Sequence record: CAXNAE020000001.1
DNA length: 32,000 bases
Strand: one strand, 5' to 3'
In this document: positions 1-9,583 of the stretch, one piece after another
Layout of the letters: each line of letters opens with the position of its first letter
Numbering within the stretch: the first letter of the stretch is position 1
Translations under genes and position numbers: made by a program
Notes under the pieces: model-generated
Database searches by the model: none
What the model was told of the DNA's origin: nothing
The model's input: only the letters and a program-made list of their open reading frames with translations

Positions 1-1183
1 AAAAAGCTTCTAATTCAGCAAATTGCGCTAATTCTAATTTTAATTTTCCTGCTACTTGTTTCATAGCTTTGATTTGTGCTGCAGAGCCTACTCTAGAAAC
101 AGAAATACCAACATTAATTGCAGGACGTAAACCAGAATTAAATAAATCACCTGATAAGAAAATTTGACCATCTGTAATAGAAATTACATTTGTTGGAATA
201 TAAGCAGAAACATCCCCTGCTTGAGTTTCAATTACAGGTAAAGCCGTCATACTTCCACTACCAAGTTCATCATTTAATTTTGCAGCTCTTTCTAATAAAC
301 GTGAATGTAAATAGAAAACATCACCTGGATACGCTTCTCTTCCTGGAGGACGTCTTAATAATAATGACATTTGACGATAAGCCGAAGCTTGTTTTGATAA
401 ATCATCATAAATTACTAAAGTATGTTTTCCATTATACATAAAAAATTCAGCAATAGCTGCACCTGTATATGGAGCAATATATTGTAATGTTGCAGGTTGA
501 TCAGCATTTGCAGCTACAATAACAGTATACTTTAATGCGTCTTTTTCTTGTAAATTAGTTACAGCTTGTGCTACAGAAGATGCTTTTTGTCCTATTGCAA
601 CATAAACACAAACAACATCTTGACCATTTTGATTAATAATTGTATCTAAAGCAATTGAAGTTTTACCTGTTTGACGATCTCCAATGATTAATTCTCGTTG
701 TCCACGACCAATAGGAATCATAGCATCAATTGCTGTAATACCTGTTTGTAAAGGTTCACACACAGATTTTCGACTAATAATACCAGGTGCCATAGATTCA
801 ATTAAACGACTTTCTGTAGAAGTAATATTACCTTTACCATCTATTGGAATTGCTAATGGATCTACTACTCTTCCTAATAAACCTTCACCTACTGGAATTT
901 GAGCAATACGCCCAGTTGCTTTTACAGTACTACCTTCTAAAATTTCACGTCCATCACCCATTAAAACTGCACCAACATTATCATTTTCAAGATTTAAAGC
1001 AATACCAATAGTACCATCTTCAAAATCTAATAATTCTCCTGCCATTACTTCATCTAAACCATAAACACGAGCAATCCCGTCTCCTACTTGAAGAACTGTT
1101 CCAATATTATCAATTTTTAAATCAGTACCATATTCTTCAATTTGTTGACGTATCATATTACTAATTTCATTTGGATTTGTCAT
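1..1183 (-). CDS. atpA: ATP synthase CF1 alpha subunit, 5' part (3' end lies beyond position 1)
   Basis: Missing from the ORF track only because the window edge truncates it. Reverse-strand translation from ATG at 1183..1181 reads [52 protein letters not shown]... and stays open to position 1. The Walker A loop GDRQTGKT is encoded at 659..682. It sits at the end of the canonical atpI-H-G-F-D-A cluster. Confidence 0.95.
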   Translation of the reverse strand, partial: MTNPNEISNMIRQQIEEYGTDLKIDNIGTVLQVGDGIARVYGLDEVMAGELLDFEDGTIGIALNLENDNVGAVLMGDGREILEGSTVKATGRIAQIPVGEGLLGRVVDPLAIPIDGKGNITSTESRLIESMAPGIISRKSVCEPLQTGITAIDAMIPIGRGQRELIIGDRQTGKTSIALDTIINQNGQDVVCVYVAIGQKASSVAQAVTNLQEKDALKYTVIVAANADQPATLQYIAPYTGAAIAEFFMYNGKHTLVIYDDLSKQASAYRQMSLLLRRPPGREAYPGDVFYLHSRLLERAAKLNDELGSGSMTALPVIETQAGDVSAYIPTNVISITDGQIFLSGDLFNSGLRPAINVGISVSRVGSAAQIKAMKQVAGKLKLELAQFAELEAF

Positions 1184-1339
1184 AGTAAAATTTAAATTCT
1201 TTTCTTGTTTAAATAAAAACTTTAAATTACAGAATAAATGGATAACTTTATTTTTATCTAATCGAATATTTCAATCTTATAATACCAGTAAAATGTTAAT
1301 TAAAAAATAATTTGATTTTTAATGATAGAAAAAGAATAA

Positions 1340-1963
1340 TTAAAGGGTAACATTTAATTGTTTCGCTAAACCTTGCAAATCACCTAGTAAGCTTAAATCA
1401 ATAATTTTTGAACCAATTTTAATAATAAATCCACCTAAAATTTTATTGTCGATTTGACAATTTAAAATGATAGTAAAATATTGTTCTTTATTTTCAAACG
1501 AAAATGGTGAACCTAAAATTATTTGTAGTTTTTCTTTCAAAAGTTGTTTTTGTTCTAGTTTTAATTCATGAGCAGAATAAACATCCACATTTTTAAAACA
1601 AAGAAATTCGTGAGCTTTTTCTAAAAAAACTTGTACAATAACATTAAGATATCCAATTCGTTTTTTATCAACTAATAAATTTAAAAAATTTTTCGTATGA
1701 TAACTAGCGTTTTTACTTAAAGAAGTTTCTAATACTAATTTTTTCTTTTCGTTAGAAATTAAAGGATTTATTAAATATTCTTCAAAAATAGGACTTTCTT
1801 TAAAAATTTTGGACAAATGTTCCATATCAGCAACAATTTGACAAAAATCTGCTGGTTTTGCAATATTTTGTTCTGCCTTACTCAGATAATAATTTATACC
1901 TACTTGAAATAAAGCCTCTGCATAAGGACTTGCTATTTTTGAACCTGAAATGGTTTTACTCAT
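1340..1963 (-). CDS. atpD: ATP synthase CF1 delta subunit (OSCP-like)
   Basis: A 207-aa ORF between atpF and atpA in the conserved operon order. It has delta-like sequence (ASPYAEALF near the N-terminus, GGFIIKIGSKIIDLS near the C-terminus). The ATG overlaps the atpF TGA stop (ATGA at 1960..1963). Confidence 0.88.
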   Translation of the reverse strand: MSKTISGSKIASPYAEALFQVGINYYLSKAEQNIAKPADFCQIVADMEHLSKIFKESPIFEEYLINPLISNEKKKLVLETSLSKNASYHTKNFLNLLVDKKRIGYLNVIVQVFLEKAHEFLCFKNVDVYSAHELKLEQKQLLKEKLQIILGSPFSFENKEQYFTIILNCQIDNKILGGFIIKIGSKIIDLSLLGDLQGLAKQLNVTL

Positions 1964-2493
1964 AAATATTCTCCTAATTGCTTTATTTTATTATCGATAA
2001 TAACTTCTTGCTCAATTGTACCCAATTGTTTTTCTAGTTTTTGAATTACTTCTTTTAATGATTTTTCTGAAACATCTACTATAACATCATTAAACATTTG
2101 TTGTTGACGATAACGGACAATTAATAATGCTGTATCAAATTTTTGTGATAAATCTTGGTGTGCTTTTTTCAATTCAGCATTACCAATATTTTTTTTTATT
2201 TCTTTAGTTTGTTCTTGAATATCTGTAATAAAAATTTTAATTTGTGACCATTGTTTTTTTGCTTCTAAAAACCTTTCATTAGCATTAACTAATTTTTTTT
2301 CAGCATCTTCTACTGAATCAATAATTTGTTTTTTACGAGCTCCAAGATTTTCTTCTAAAAAACTTTTTAAAACAATAAATAAAATAATTAATAATAAAAT
2401 AATATTGACTATATTTGTCTCAAAAATATCGGTGTTTATTGTAAAACCTATATCTTCAGTAGATAAAGTTAAAAATGATATATAATTTTCCAT
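1960..2493 (-). CDS. atpF: ATP synthase CF0 subunit b
   Basis: A 177-aa ORF with one N-terminal hydrophobic helix (NIVNIILLLIILFIVLKSFL) followed by a long charged helical tail. It lies between atpG and atpD. ATG at 2493..2491, TGA stop. Confidence 0.85.
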   Translation of the reverse strand: MENYISFLTLSTEDIGFTINTDIFETNIVNIILLLIILFIVLKSFLEENLGARKKQIIDSVEDAEKKLVNANERFLEAKKQWSQIKIFITDIQEQTKEIKKNIGNAELKKAHQDLSQKFDTALLIVRYRQQQMFNDVIVDVSEKSLKEVIQKLEKQLGTIEQEVIIDNKIKQLGEYL

Positions 2494-2523
2494 ATTTTAA
2501 ACTAAAAAAAACTAAAAATTAAA

Positions 2524-2988
2524 TTATACAAGAATTTTAGTAACAATTTGACCACTTAACGAATCAATTTCACCATCTAGACTATTTAAAATTTCTTTTT
2601 TAGTCTCTGCTAATTCGTTAGTTGTTTTTTCAATAAATTCATCAATTAAAATTTGTGACGCTTTAAGTTCTTTTTCTAAAATTTCTTTATAAAATTTTTG
2701 AGATCGTGCAATATCATTTTGTGATTCTTTACGAGCTTTAAATGTTTGGTTTTGATAACGTTCATTTAAACTATTTGCATCAGAGATTATCGTTTTAGCT
2801 TTAGCAATACTAGTATCTACATAATTATTTCGTTCATCAATAATAGTTAAAAGAGGCGTATATAAAAGAAAATCTAAAACAAACATAAAAAGTACAAATT
2901 GTAATACAATTACAACTAATGTACCGTCAAAATCAAATAATCCACCAGTTTTTTCAGTTGTTAATATTAAATTTGAATTAAAAATCAT
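2524..2988 (-). CDS. atpG: ATP synthase CF0 subunit b'
   Basis: The track ORF begins at a TTG (3027..3025). The first ATG is at 2988..2986 and gives MIFNSNLILTTEKTGGLFDFDGTL..., 154 aa. It has a single TM helix plus a charged tail, and the GGLFDFD motif is typical of subunit b'. It lies between atpH and atpF. Confidence 0.85.
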   Translation of the reverse strand: MIFNSNLILTTEKTGGLFDFDGTLVVIVLQFVLFMFVLDFLLYTPLLTIIDERNNYVDTSIAKAKTIISDANSLNERYQNQTFKARKESQNDIARSQKFYKEILEKELKASQILIDEFIEKTTNELAETKKEILNSLDGEIDSLSGQIVTKILV

Positions 2989-3037
2989 CCTTTTTAGTAA
3001 TAATAAGTAAAAAATTAAATTTTTCAAAAAAAATTAG

Positions 3038-3080
3038 AAAAAAAACCAAGACGTATATTTTAAGTGAAGTACGTCTTGGT
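3038..3080 (-). terminator. Intrinsic-terminator-like stem-loop directly after atpH
   Basis: Stem 3045..3055 (accaagacgta) pairs perfectly with 3070..3080 (tacgtcttggt): 11 bp, 5 of them G:C, with a 14-nt loop. On the minus-strand RNA the stem is followed immediately by U7 (A run 3038..3044) and then by a second U8 run. It starts 7 nt after the atpH stop codon. Confidence 0.55.
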
Positions 3081-3086
3081 ATATTT

Positions 3087-3380
<294 letters not shown>

Positions 3381-3400
3381 TCAAAAAGTAAAATATTTTA

Positions 3401-4147
3401 TTAATGTCCTTCTACTGCTTCTGCAATATATGCGCCAGCTAAAGTAGAGAAAATTAAAGCTTGTACTGAGCTTGCAAAAACACCTAACATCATTACTGGT
3501 AAAGGAATAATTAAAGGTACTAATAAAGTTAACACTGAAACCGTTAATTCATCTGCTAAAATATTACCAAATAAACGAAAACTTAAAGAAAGTGGTTTTG
3601 TAAAATCTTCTAGAATATTAATTGGTAATAAAAGTGGTGTTGGCTCTATATAACGCTTAAAATAACCAAATCCTTTTGTACTTAAACCAGCATAAAAATA
3701 CATAAATGAAGTTAATAAAGCCAAAGCTACAGTTGTATTAATATCATTAGTAGGAGCTCCAAATTCTCCCTCTGATAGTTTTATTAATTTCCAAGGAATT
3801 AAAGCTCCTGCCCAATTACAACCAAAAATAAATAGAAATAAAGTTCCAATAAATGGTAACCAAGGTCGATATTCATCAGATCCTAATTGATTTACAGCAA
3901 TATCTTTAATAAATTCAACAACTGACTCCATAAAATTTTGCCAAGTTTCTGGAATTCTTTGTTTATTTGTAGTTCCTAATATAGAAAATAAAAGTACTAA
4001 TAAAATAACCAATGAACTAACAATTAATACTTGGCCATGAAATGTTATATCTTCAAATTCCCAATATAAATGTTTTCCAACTTCAACATCCGATAATAAA
4101 AGTAATGAACTTAAATCGGTAAAATAAGTACTTTGAATAAAATCCAT
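3401..4147 (-). CDS. atpI: ATP synthase CF0 subunit a
   Basis: A 248-aa polytopic membrane protein. It has the conserved [13 protein letters not shown] helix with the essential Arg. It is the first gene of the atp cluster. Confidence 0.95.
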   Translation of the reverse strand: MDFIQSTYFTDLSSLLLLSDVEVGKHLYWEFEDITFHGQVLIVSSLVILLVLLFSILGTTNKQRIPETWQNFMESVVEFIKDIAVNQLGSDEYRPWLPFIGTLFLFIFGCNWAGALIPWKLIKLSEGEFGAPTNDINTTVALALLTSFMYFYAGLSTKGFGYFKRYIEPTPLLLPINILEDFTKPLSLSFRLFGNILADELTVSVLTLLVPLIIPLPVMMLGVFASSVQALIFSTLAGAYIAEAVEGH

Positions 4148-4272
4148 ATTTTAAATTTAACCAAATATATAAAATATACCCTATGCAAAATACGCATATG
4201 GATATATATATTATATATCAACTCTAACTATAAAAAGGGTTTTTGATTTTTAAAACTTTAAAAGTATCTAAT

Positions 4273-4875
4273 TTAGTTACCTAATTGATAACAAACAAAT
4301 CGTTTTATTTTAATATTTTCCCCTAAAAGAGAAATTTTTTCTTTGATTAATTCTTCAATTGTAATGTTTGGATTTCGAATATACGGTTGATCTAATAAAG
4401 TTTGAGCTTTTAAAATTTTCTCTACTCTCCCTAAAACAATTTTAGATTTTATTTCTTCTGGTTTGTTATTTAAATCATCTTTTTTTAGTTCAATCTCTTT
4501 TTCAACTTGAATCATTTTTTCGGGTATTTCTTCAATTGATATATAATTAATATTCGGAGAAGCTGCAACTTGCATTGCTAAATTTTTAACTAATTCTTGA
4601 AATTCTGTACGGCGTGCCACAAAATCTGTTTCGCAATTAACTTCAATTAAAACACCAATTTTACCACCAGTATGAATATAACTACTTATAATACCTTCCA
4701 TTGCATGACGAGTAGATTTTTTGTCTGCAGACGCAAGTCCTTTTTGTCTTAAAGATTTAATAGCTTCATCAAAATTACCATTAGTTTCTTGCAATGCTTT
4801 CTTACAATTCATCATACCTGCCCCAGTTTTTATTCTAAGTTCTTTTACCAATTTTGGATTAATTTCTAAAGTCAT
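4273..4875 (-). CDS. tsf: Translation elongation factor Ts
   Basis: A 200-aa ORF. The N-terminal UBA-like motif [24 protein letters not shown] and the [11 protein letters not shown] block are EF-Ts hallmarks. rps2-tsf linkage is conserved. Confidence 0.92.
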   Translation of the reverse strand: MTLEINPKLVKELRIKTGAGMMNCKKALQETNGNFDEAIKSLRQKGLASADKKSTRHAMEGIISSYIHTGGKIGVLIEVNCETDFVARRTEFQELVKNLAMQVAASPNINYISIEEIPEKMIQVEKEIELKKDDLNNKPEEIKSKIVLGRVEKILKAQTLLDQPYIRNPNITIEELIKEKISLLGENIKIKRFVCYQLGN

Positions 4876-4907
4876 AAGCTAATATTCCTTTTATAATAAA
4901 TATATAC

Positions 4908-5594
4908 TTATTTATTTTGTTGCCCTAAACAAATACTATCGGCTAATTTTTGAACAATATATTTAATTGATTTTATAGCATCGTCATTTCCTGGTATAGG
5001 TATAGTAGTCAAAGTAGGATCACAATTTGTATCTAAAATTGAAATAACAGGAATATCTAAAAAAATTGCTTCTTTAATTGCTGTAATTTCTCGTTTTTGA
5101 TCAACAATAAAAATTATATCAGGAATATTTTTCATTTCTTTAACTCCACTAAAATATTTTTGAAGTTTTTCTAATTCTTTTTTTAAATTTGCAGCTTCTT
5201 TTTTCGGTAAATCTTGAAAAGCTAAAGTATTTTCTTGATTTTCTAATTCTTTTAAACGTTCAATCCTTTTTTTTATTGTAATCCAATTCGTTAACATTCC
5301 TCCTAACCAACGATGATTAACATAAAATGCTCCACATCTTTTTGCTTCTGATGCGATTACAGAAGCGGCTTGTTTTTTTGTTCCTACAAATAAAAAAGTT
5401 TTATTATTTTTCGCTGCTTTTTTACTAAAATCACAAGCTTGTTTTAATAATTCAGCAGTTTGAATTAGATCTAAGATATGTACGCCATTACGTTCTGTAT
5501 AAATAAAAGGAAACATTTTAGGATTCCAACGACGAGCTTTATGTCCAAAATGAACTCCTGCATTTAAAAGTTGAGCCAATTCAATTTTAGCCAT
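4908..5594 (-). CDS. rps2: Ribosomal protein S2
   Basis: The track ORF starts at a TTG (5615). The conserved start is ATG 5594..5592 ([27 protein letters not shown]...), preceded by AAGGAG about 10 nt upstream (ctcc at 5607..5610). Length 228 aa. Confidence 0.95.
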   Translation of the reverse strand: MAKIELAQLLNAGVHFGHKARRWNPKMFPFIYTERNGVHILDLIQTAELLKQACDFSKKAAKNNKTFLFVGTKKQAASVIASEAKRCGAFYVNHRWLGGMLTNWITIKKRIERLKELENQENTLAFQDLPKKEAANLKKELEKLQKYFSGVKEMKNIPDIIFIVDQKREITAIKEAIFLDIPVISILDTNCDPTLTTIPIPGNDDAIKSIKYIVQKLADSICLGQQNK

Positions 5595-5726
5595 ATAATT
5601 TAATTTCTCCTTCAATATTAATAAATAATTTATATGTTTTAAAAAATAATAATTATATCTATTATAGATATTATATAAGAAGTTATATTTTTTGAAAATA
5701 GCTTATATTAATCTAAATATGAAAAT

Positions 5727-8700
5727 TTATTTATTAAATTTTATTTTAATTTTCTGTTTTAGTTGTTTATGCTTTAATTTCAAAAATGTTTTGACATCTA
5801 TATTATTATTACTGTTGGAATTTAATAAAATTGTATTATTAAAAGATAAATCTTTATTCATATAGAATCCTGTCCCAGCAGGCATTAAACGACCAGTAAT
5901 AATATTTTCTTTTAATCCTCGTAGCCAATCAGTTTTACCTTGGACTGCTGCTTGTGTTAAAACCTTTGTTGTTTCTTGAAAACTTGCCGCAGCAAGAAAA
6001 CCATCACCTTGTAAGGCTGCTTTTGTAATACCTAAAATAATTGGATAGAATAAAATTTTTTTTTTATTTTTTAAAGAACTATTAATATAATTAACTTGTT
6101 CTAGATCCAAAAAATCTCCAGGAAGAAAATTAGTATCTCCCGGATATTCAACTTGTACTTTTTTTGTCATTTCACGAATAATAATTTCAAGATGTTTATC
6201 TGAAATAATAACTCCTTGTGAAAAATAAATCGATTGAATTGAATTTAATAATAAAACTTGTATTTTTTTAAAACTAATATAAGCGGCTTCATACATTGTT
6301 AATGTTCCTAAAGAACAAAAATATTGAAAATAAATATGAAGTAAATTATGCGGATTTAAGGTTCCTTCTGTTAAAGGTTCACCTACATTAATATAATTAT
6401 ACAATTTAATTAACAAGCGTTCGGAATTTGGTATAATATAATAATCTTTCCTTAAGGTAGGTCGTGTCCAAATAACAATTTCTTCTGAAGTGCATTTAAT
6501 TTTTGTAATAATTCCTGGCCTTTTAGAAAGTATAGCCTGATTTTTTGGATTCCGTGCTTCTAAAAGTTCTTCCACACGTGGTAAGCCTTGCACAATATCA
6601 CCAGTTTTAAGACGTTGATAAATAAGTTCTCCGAAAATTTCTCTTTCTTGTATAAAATCACCTGGATTTTTTCTTAAACGAGCTTCATTAGAAAATAAAT
6701 AAGGTTGCCCTAAACGTAATTTAATAATATTACCAGAAACTTTTTCAATTAGTCCTGATTCTTGAAAAACTAAATTATTTCCAATTTTTTGTCCTAATCT
6801 TATAAATTGATTTTGTTTTAGTTGATTATTAAAATCATCTAAATAAATTGTTTTATAATCTTTTTGAGTAGTTAGTAAGATACGACGATTTTTTTCTTCT
6901 AATTTCTCTTGAATTGAATAAATAAAATTTGTAAAAAGTGTTATAATATCGAAAAAAGCTAAGATTGTATATGGTTCCACAAATTGTTTTTTTTCTACCA
7001 CTACATTTAATGAAACATTATTTTTCTTTAGTTCTGTAGGTATTAAACTATCTATTAATAAAATTTTTGAATAATTTATTGTCATTCCACACCAAGAGTT
7101 TTGATTTTTTGGTTTTTTAAAATTAAAACTCATTTCTAAACTATTAGAATTAAAAGAATAATTTATTATAATAGGAAATTTAATAAATTGTATTGGGTTA
7201 TTAGTTTTTAATTCTATTCCTGATGTTATATTTAAAGAGAAATTTTCTATTGTAAAATTATTATCCATAAAATAATTTTTTCCAAAATTTTTAAACATTT
7301 TTTCTTTAGTTATTTCATATCGAATAATAGGTTTTAAATAAAAAGCTATTCCAGTAGATGTTTTAAAAATTTTTAAATAACTTAAACGTTTTATTGTATA
7401 TTTTTGGAATAAAATTTCACCTGGAAAAAAGACTTGTTCATTTAATTCTTCAATATTTTTTATATTAATAGGAATATTGTTTAAAATATATAGATTGCCT
7501 GGAATAACTTTAATTTCAAAATCTTTATCAGTTGAATGTATTTCAAGAAATCCACTCAAATTTGTAAAATAATTCGGAAAAATTTCTGTATGTTTCGAAA
7601 TAAAATTACCTGTTTTAAATTTTAAATCTTGTATATTCCCATTGAAAGGAATTGTACTTTCTGGGATATAAAAAACAGTACAACCAGGTTTAATTTCAAA
7701 TTTCGAATTATTTTTTTTTAGATTTAAAATATTTTGTAAATTTTCAATTTTATTAAAGTCAGTTATATAAAATACACCTCCAGTTTGAGTTTTATAATTT
7801 TTATTTTCTAAATATCCGAATAAAAACTTTTTTGTAGTAAATGGTTCTAATTTTAATAAAATATTATGAATATTTGATAAATAAATTAAACATTTATTTA
7901 AATGAGAATTATTTTTTTCAATAAAAATTTTAAAATTATCAAAACTTTTATATGAATTTATTATTTTTATAATTTGTATTTCATTATTAGAAGAATTTCG
8001 AAAATAATTAACAAACCCACTCCGTGTTGTATAAATTTTAGTTTGAGCTATTGATTGATTTTTAAAAATTTTTGTGAATTCACATTTTTTTAACTTAGCA
8101 TCAAATGGTATGGGATAAACTTGACCCGATAAAACCCAAAAAATAGATTTTGAATTTAAAACTAAATTATTTGTATTATTATTATATTGTGGTTTTAAAT
8201 TTTTATTTTCTAATATAATTTCACCTGAAAGTTTAGCTAAAACAAATTTTATTTCTTTATTAGATTCATTTAAGTGAAGGGTTCTTGAAGGTAATTCAAA
8301 TAAAATATCTGAACGTTTTATAAAGGTATTATTAGAAATAAGAATTATTGTCTCAGGAATAATTTTAATTGGTTTGATATCATTATTATAAGTATATAGA
8401 TTAATATACGATTCATTTTCACTTATATAAGCATTTTTACCATAGTTTGTACGAAAAAATCTTACTTTTAAATTTGCATCAAAGCAAACATAACCAGAAT
8501 ATTCTGCACGGATTTGACGCGTTAATTCACTTGTAAATACACCACCAGTATGAAATGTACGCATAGTTAATTGGGTACCTGGTTCTCCGATTGATTGTGC
8601 AGCAAGAATACCAACAGATTCACCTAAATTTACTAATTCATTAGAAGCTAAATTTAAACCATAACATTTTTGACAAAGAGCTCTTCTACATTCACATGTT

Positions 8701-9566
8701 AATGGTGAACGAATTATAAATGAATGAATATTTAATTGAATTAATTTTTCAATTAAAGAAGCTGTAATTTGTTCATTTTTTGATGCAATAATTTCATTAT
8801 TATAAATAATTGGCTTTGCCAATAATCTTCCAATAGATCTTTCTTTAAAAGAAGAAATTATTTCTTCGTCAGCATTTTTATCATTTATCTCTAATCCTTT
8901 CTCTGTATTACAATCTAATTCACATATAATAATACTCTGAGCAATTTCTACAAGTCGTCTAGTCAAATAACCTGAATCGGCAGTTTTTATTGCTGTATCT
9001 ACTAAACCTTTACGAGCACCATAAGAAGAAATAATATAATCTGTAATGGATAAGCCTTCTCGAAAATTAGTTTGAATAGGTAAATCAATAATTTGACCAT
9101 TTGGATCTGCCATTAATCCTCGCATCCCGACTAATTGACGAACTTGAGATATATTTCCACGAGCTCCTGAAAATGCCATAATATAAACAGAATTTAAAGG
9201 ATCAGTATTTTTAAAATAATTTATAACCCTTTCTTTTAAATCTTCACTTGTGTTATTCCAAATATAAATAATTTTTTGAAATCTTTCTACTTCATTTATT
9301 TCACCTCTATTTACTTCTAATTCTGTTTCATAAACATTATGACTAGCATTTTTTATAAGATAATTTTTTATTGGTGGTACTTTTAAATCTTCTAAACCAA
9401 TAGATAATCCTGATTTAGTAGCATATTCAAACCCTATTTCCTTAAGTTGGTCTATCAAATAAGCTGCTTTTCGTGGACCATATAATTTAAAAGCCCAATC
9501 AATAATTTTTTTTAATTCTTTTTTATTAATAGTATTATTATAAAATACTTTTGAGTTTTTTAACAT
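5727..9566 (-). CDS. rpoC2: RNA polymerase beta'' subunit (C-terminal half of bacterial beta')
   Basis: 1279 aa. Conserved blocks are AFSGARGN, GLVDTAIKTADSGYLTRRL, the trigger-loop start TMRTFHTGGVF, then GLPRVEELLEAR and FLAAASFQETTKVLT. A long divergent N/I/K-rich segment lies between the trigger-loop halves (see findings). Confidence 0.95.
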   Translation of the reverse strand: MLKNSKVFYNNTINKKELKKIIDWAFKLYGPRKAAYLIDQLKEIGFEYATKSGLSIGLEDLKVPPIKNYLIKNASHNVYETELEVNRGEINEVERFQKIIYIWNNTSEDLKERVINYFKNTDPLNSVYIMAFSGARGNISQVRQLVGMRGLMADPNGQIIDLPIQTNFREGLSITDYIISSYGARKGLVDTAIKTADSGYLTRRLVEIAQSIIICELDCNTEKGLEINDKNADEEIISSFKERSIGRLLAKPIIYNNEIIASKNEQITASLIEKLIQLNIHSFIIRSPLTCECRRALCQKCYGLNLASNELVNLGESVGILAAQSIGEPGTQLTMRTFHTGGVFTSELTRQIRAEYSGYVCFDANLKVRFFRTNYGKNAYISENESYINLYTYNNDIKPIKIIPETIILISNNTFIKRSDILFELPSRTLHLNESNKEIKFVLAKLSGEIILENKNLKPQYNNNTNNLVLNSKSIFWVLSGQVYPIPFDAKLKKCEFTKIFKNQSIAQTKIYTTRSGFVNYFRNSSNNEIQIIKIINSYKSFDNFKIFIEKNNSHLNKCLIYLSNIHNILLKLEPFTTKKFLFGYLENKNYKTQTGGVFYITDFNKIENLQNILNLKKNNSKFEIKPGCTVFYIPESTIPFNGNIQDLKFKTGNFISKHTEIFPNYFTNLSGFLEIHSTDKDFEIKVIPGNLYILNNIPINIKNIEELNEQVFFPGEILFQKYTIKRLSYLKIFKTSTGIAFYLKPIIRYEITKEKMFKNFGKNYFMDNNFTIENFSLNITSGIELKTNNPIQFIKFPIIINYSFNSNSLEMSFNFKKPKNQNSWCGMTINYSKILLIDSLIPTELKKNNVSLNVVVEKKQFVEPYTILAFFDIITLFTNFIYSIQEKLEEKNRRILLTTQKDYKTIYLDDFNNQLKQNQFIRLGQKIGNNLVFQESGLIEKVSGNIIKLRLGQPYLFSNEARLRKNPGDFIQEREIFGELIYQRLKTGDIVQGLPRVEELLEARNPKNQAILSKRPGIITKIKCTSEEIVIWTRPTLRKDYYIIPNSERLLIKLYNYINVGEPLTEGTLNPHNLLHIYFQYFCSLGTLTMYEAAYISFKKIQVLLLNSIQSIYFSQGVIISDKHLEIIIREMTKKVQVEYPGDTNFLPGDFLDLEQVNYINSSLKNKKKILFYPIILGITKAALQGDGFLAAASFQETTKVLTQAAVQGKTDWLRGLKENIITGRLMPAGTGFYMNKDLSFNNTILLNSNSNNNIDVKTFLKLKHKQLKQKIKIKFNK

Positions 9567-9583
9567 TTTGATTATTTCCTCAA

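Noticed and set aside
190-902. Plus-strand ORFs 190..441 and 684..902
   Set aside because: Both lie antisense inside the strongly conserved atpA reading frame. Their products are low-complexity with no recognisable motifs, so they are shadow ORFs.
4179-4201. Imperfect hairpin ccctatgc-N7-gcatatgg between tsf and atpI
   Set aside because: It has only 8 bp with an internal mismatch and no U-tract, which is too weak to call a terminator.
6612-8531. The idea that the divergent middle of rpoC2 is foreign DNA or a sign of pseudogenisation
   Set aside because: The frame is open throughout. The position and length match the known cyanobacterial/plastid SI3 insertion in the trigger loop. The flanking catalytic blocks are intact.
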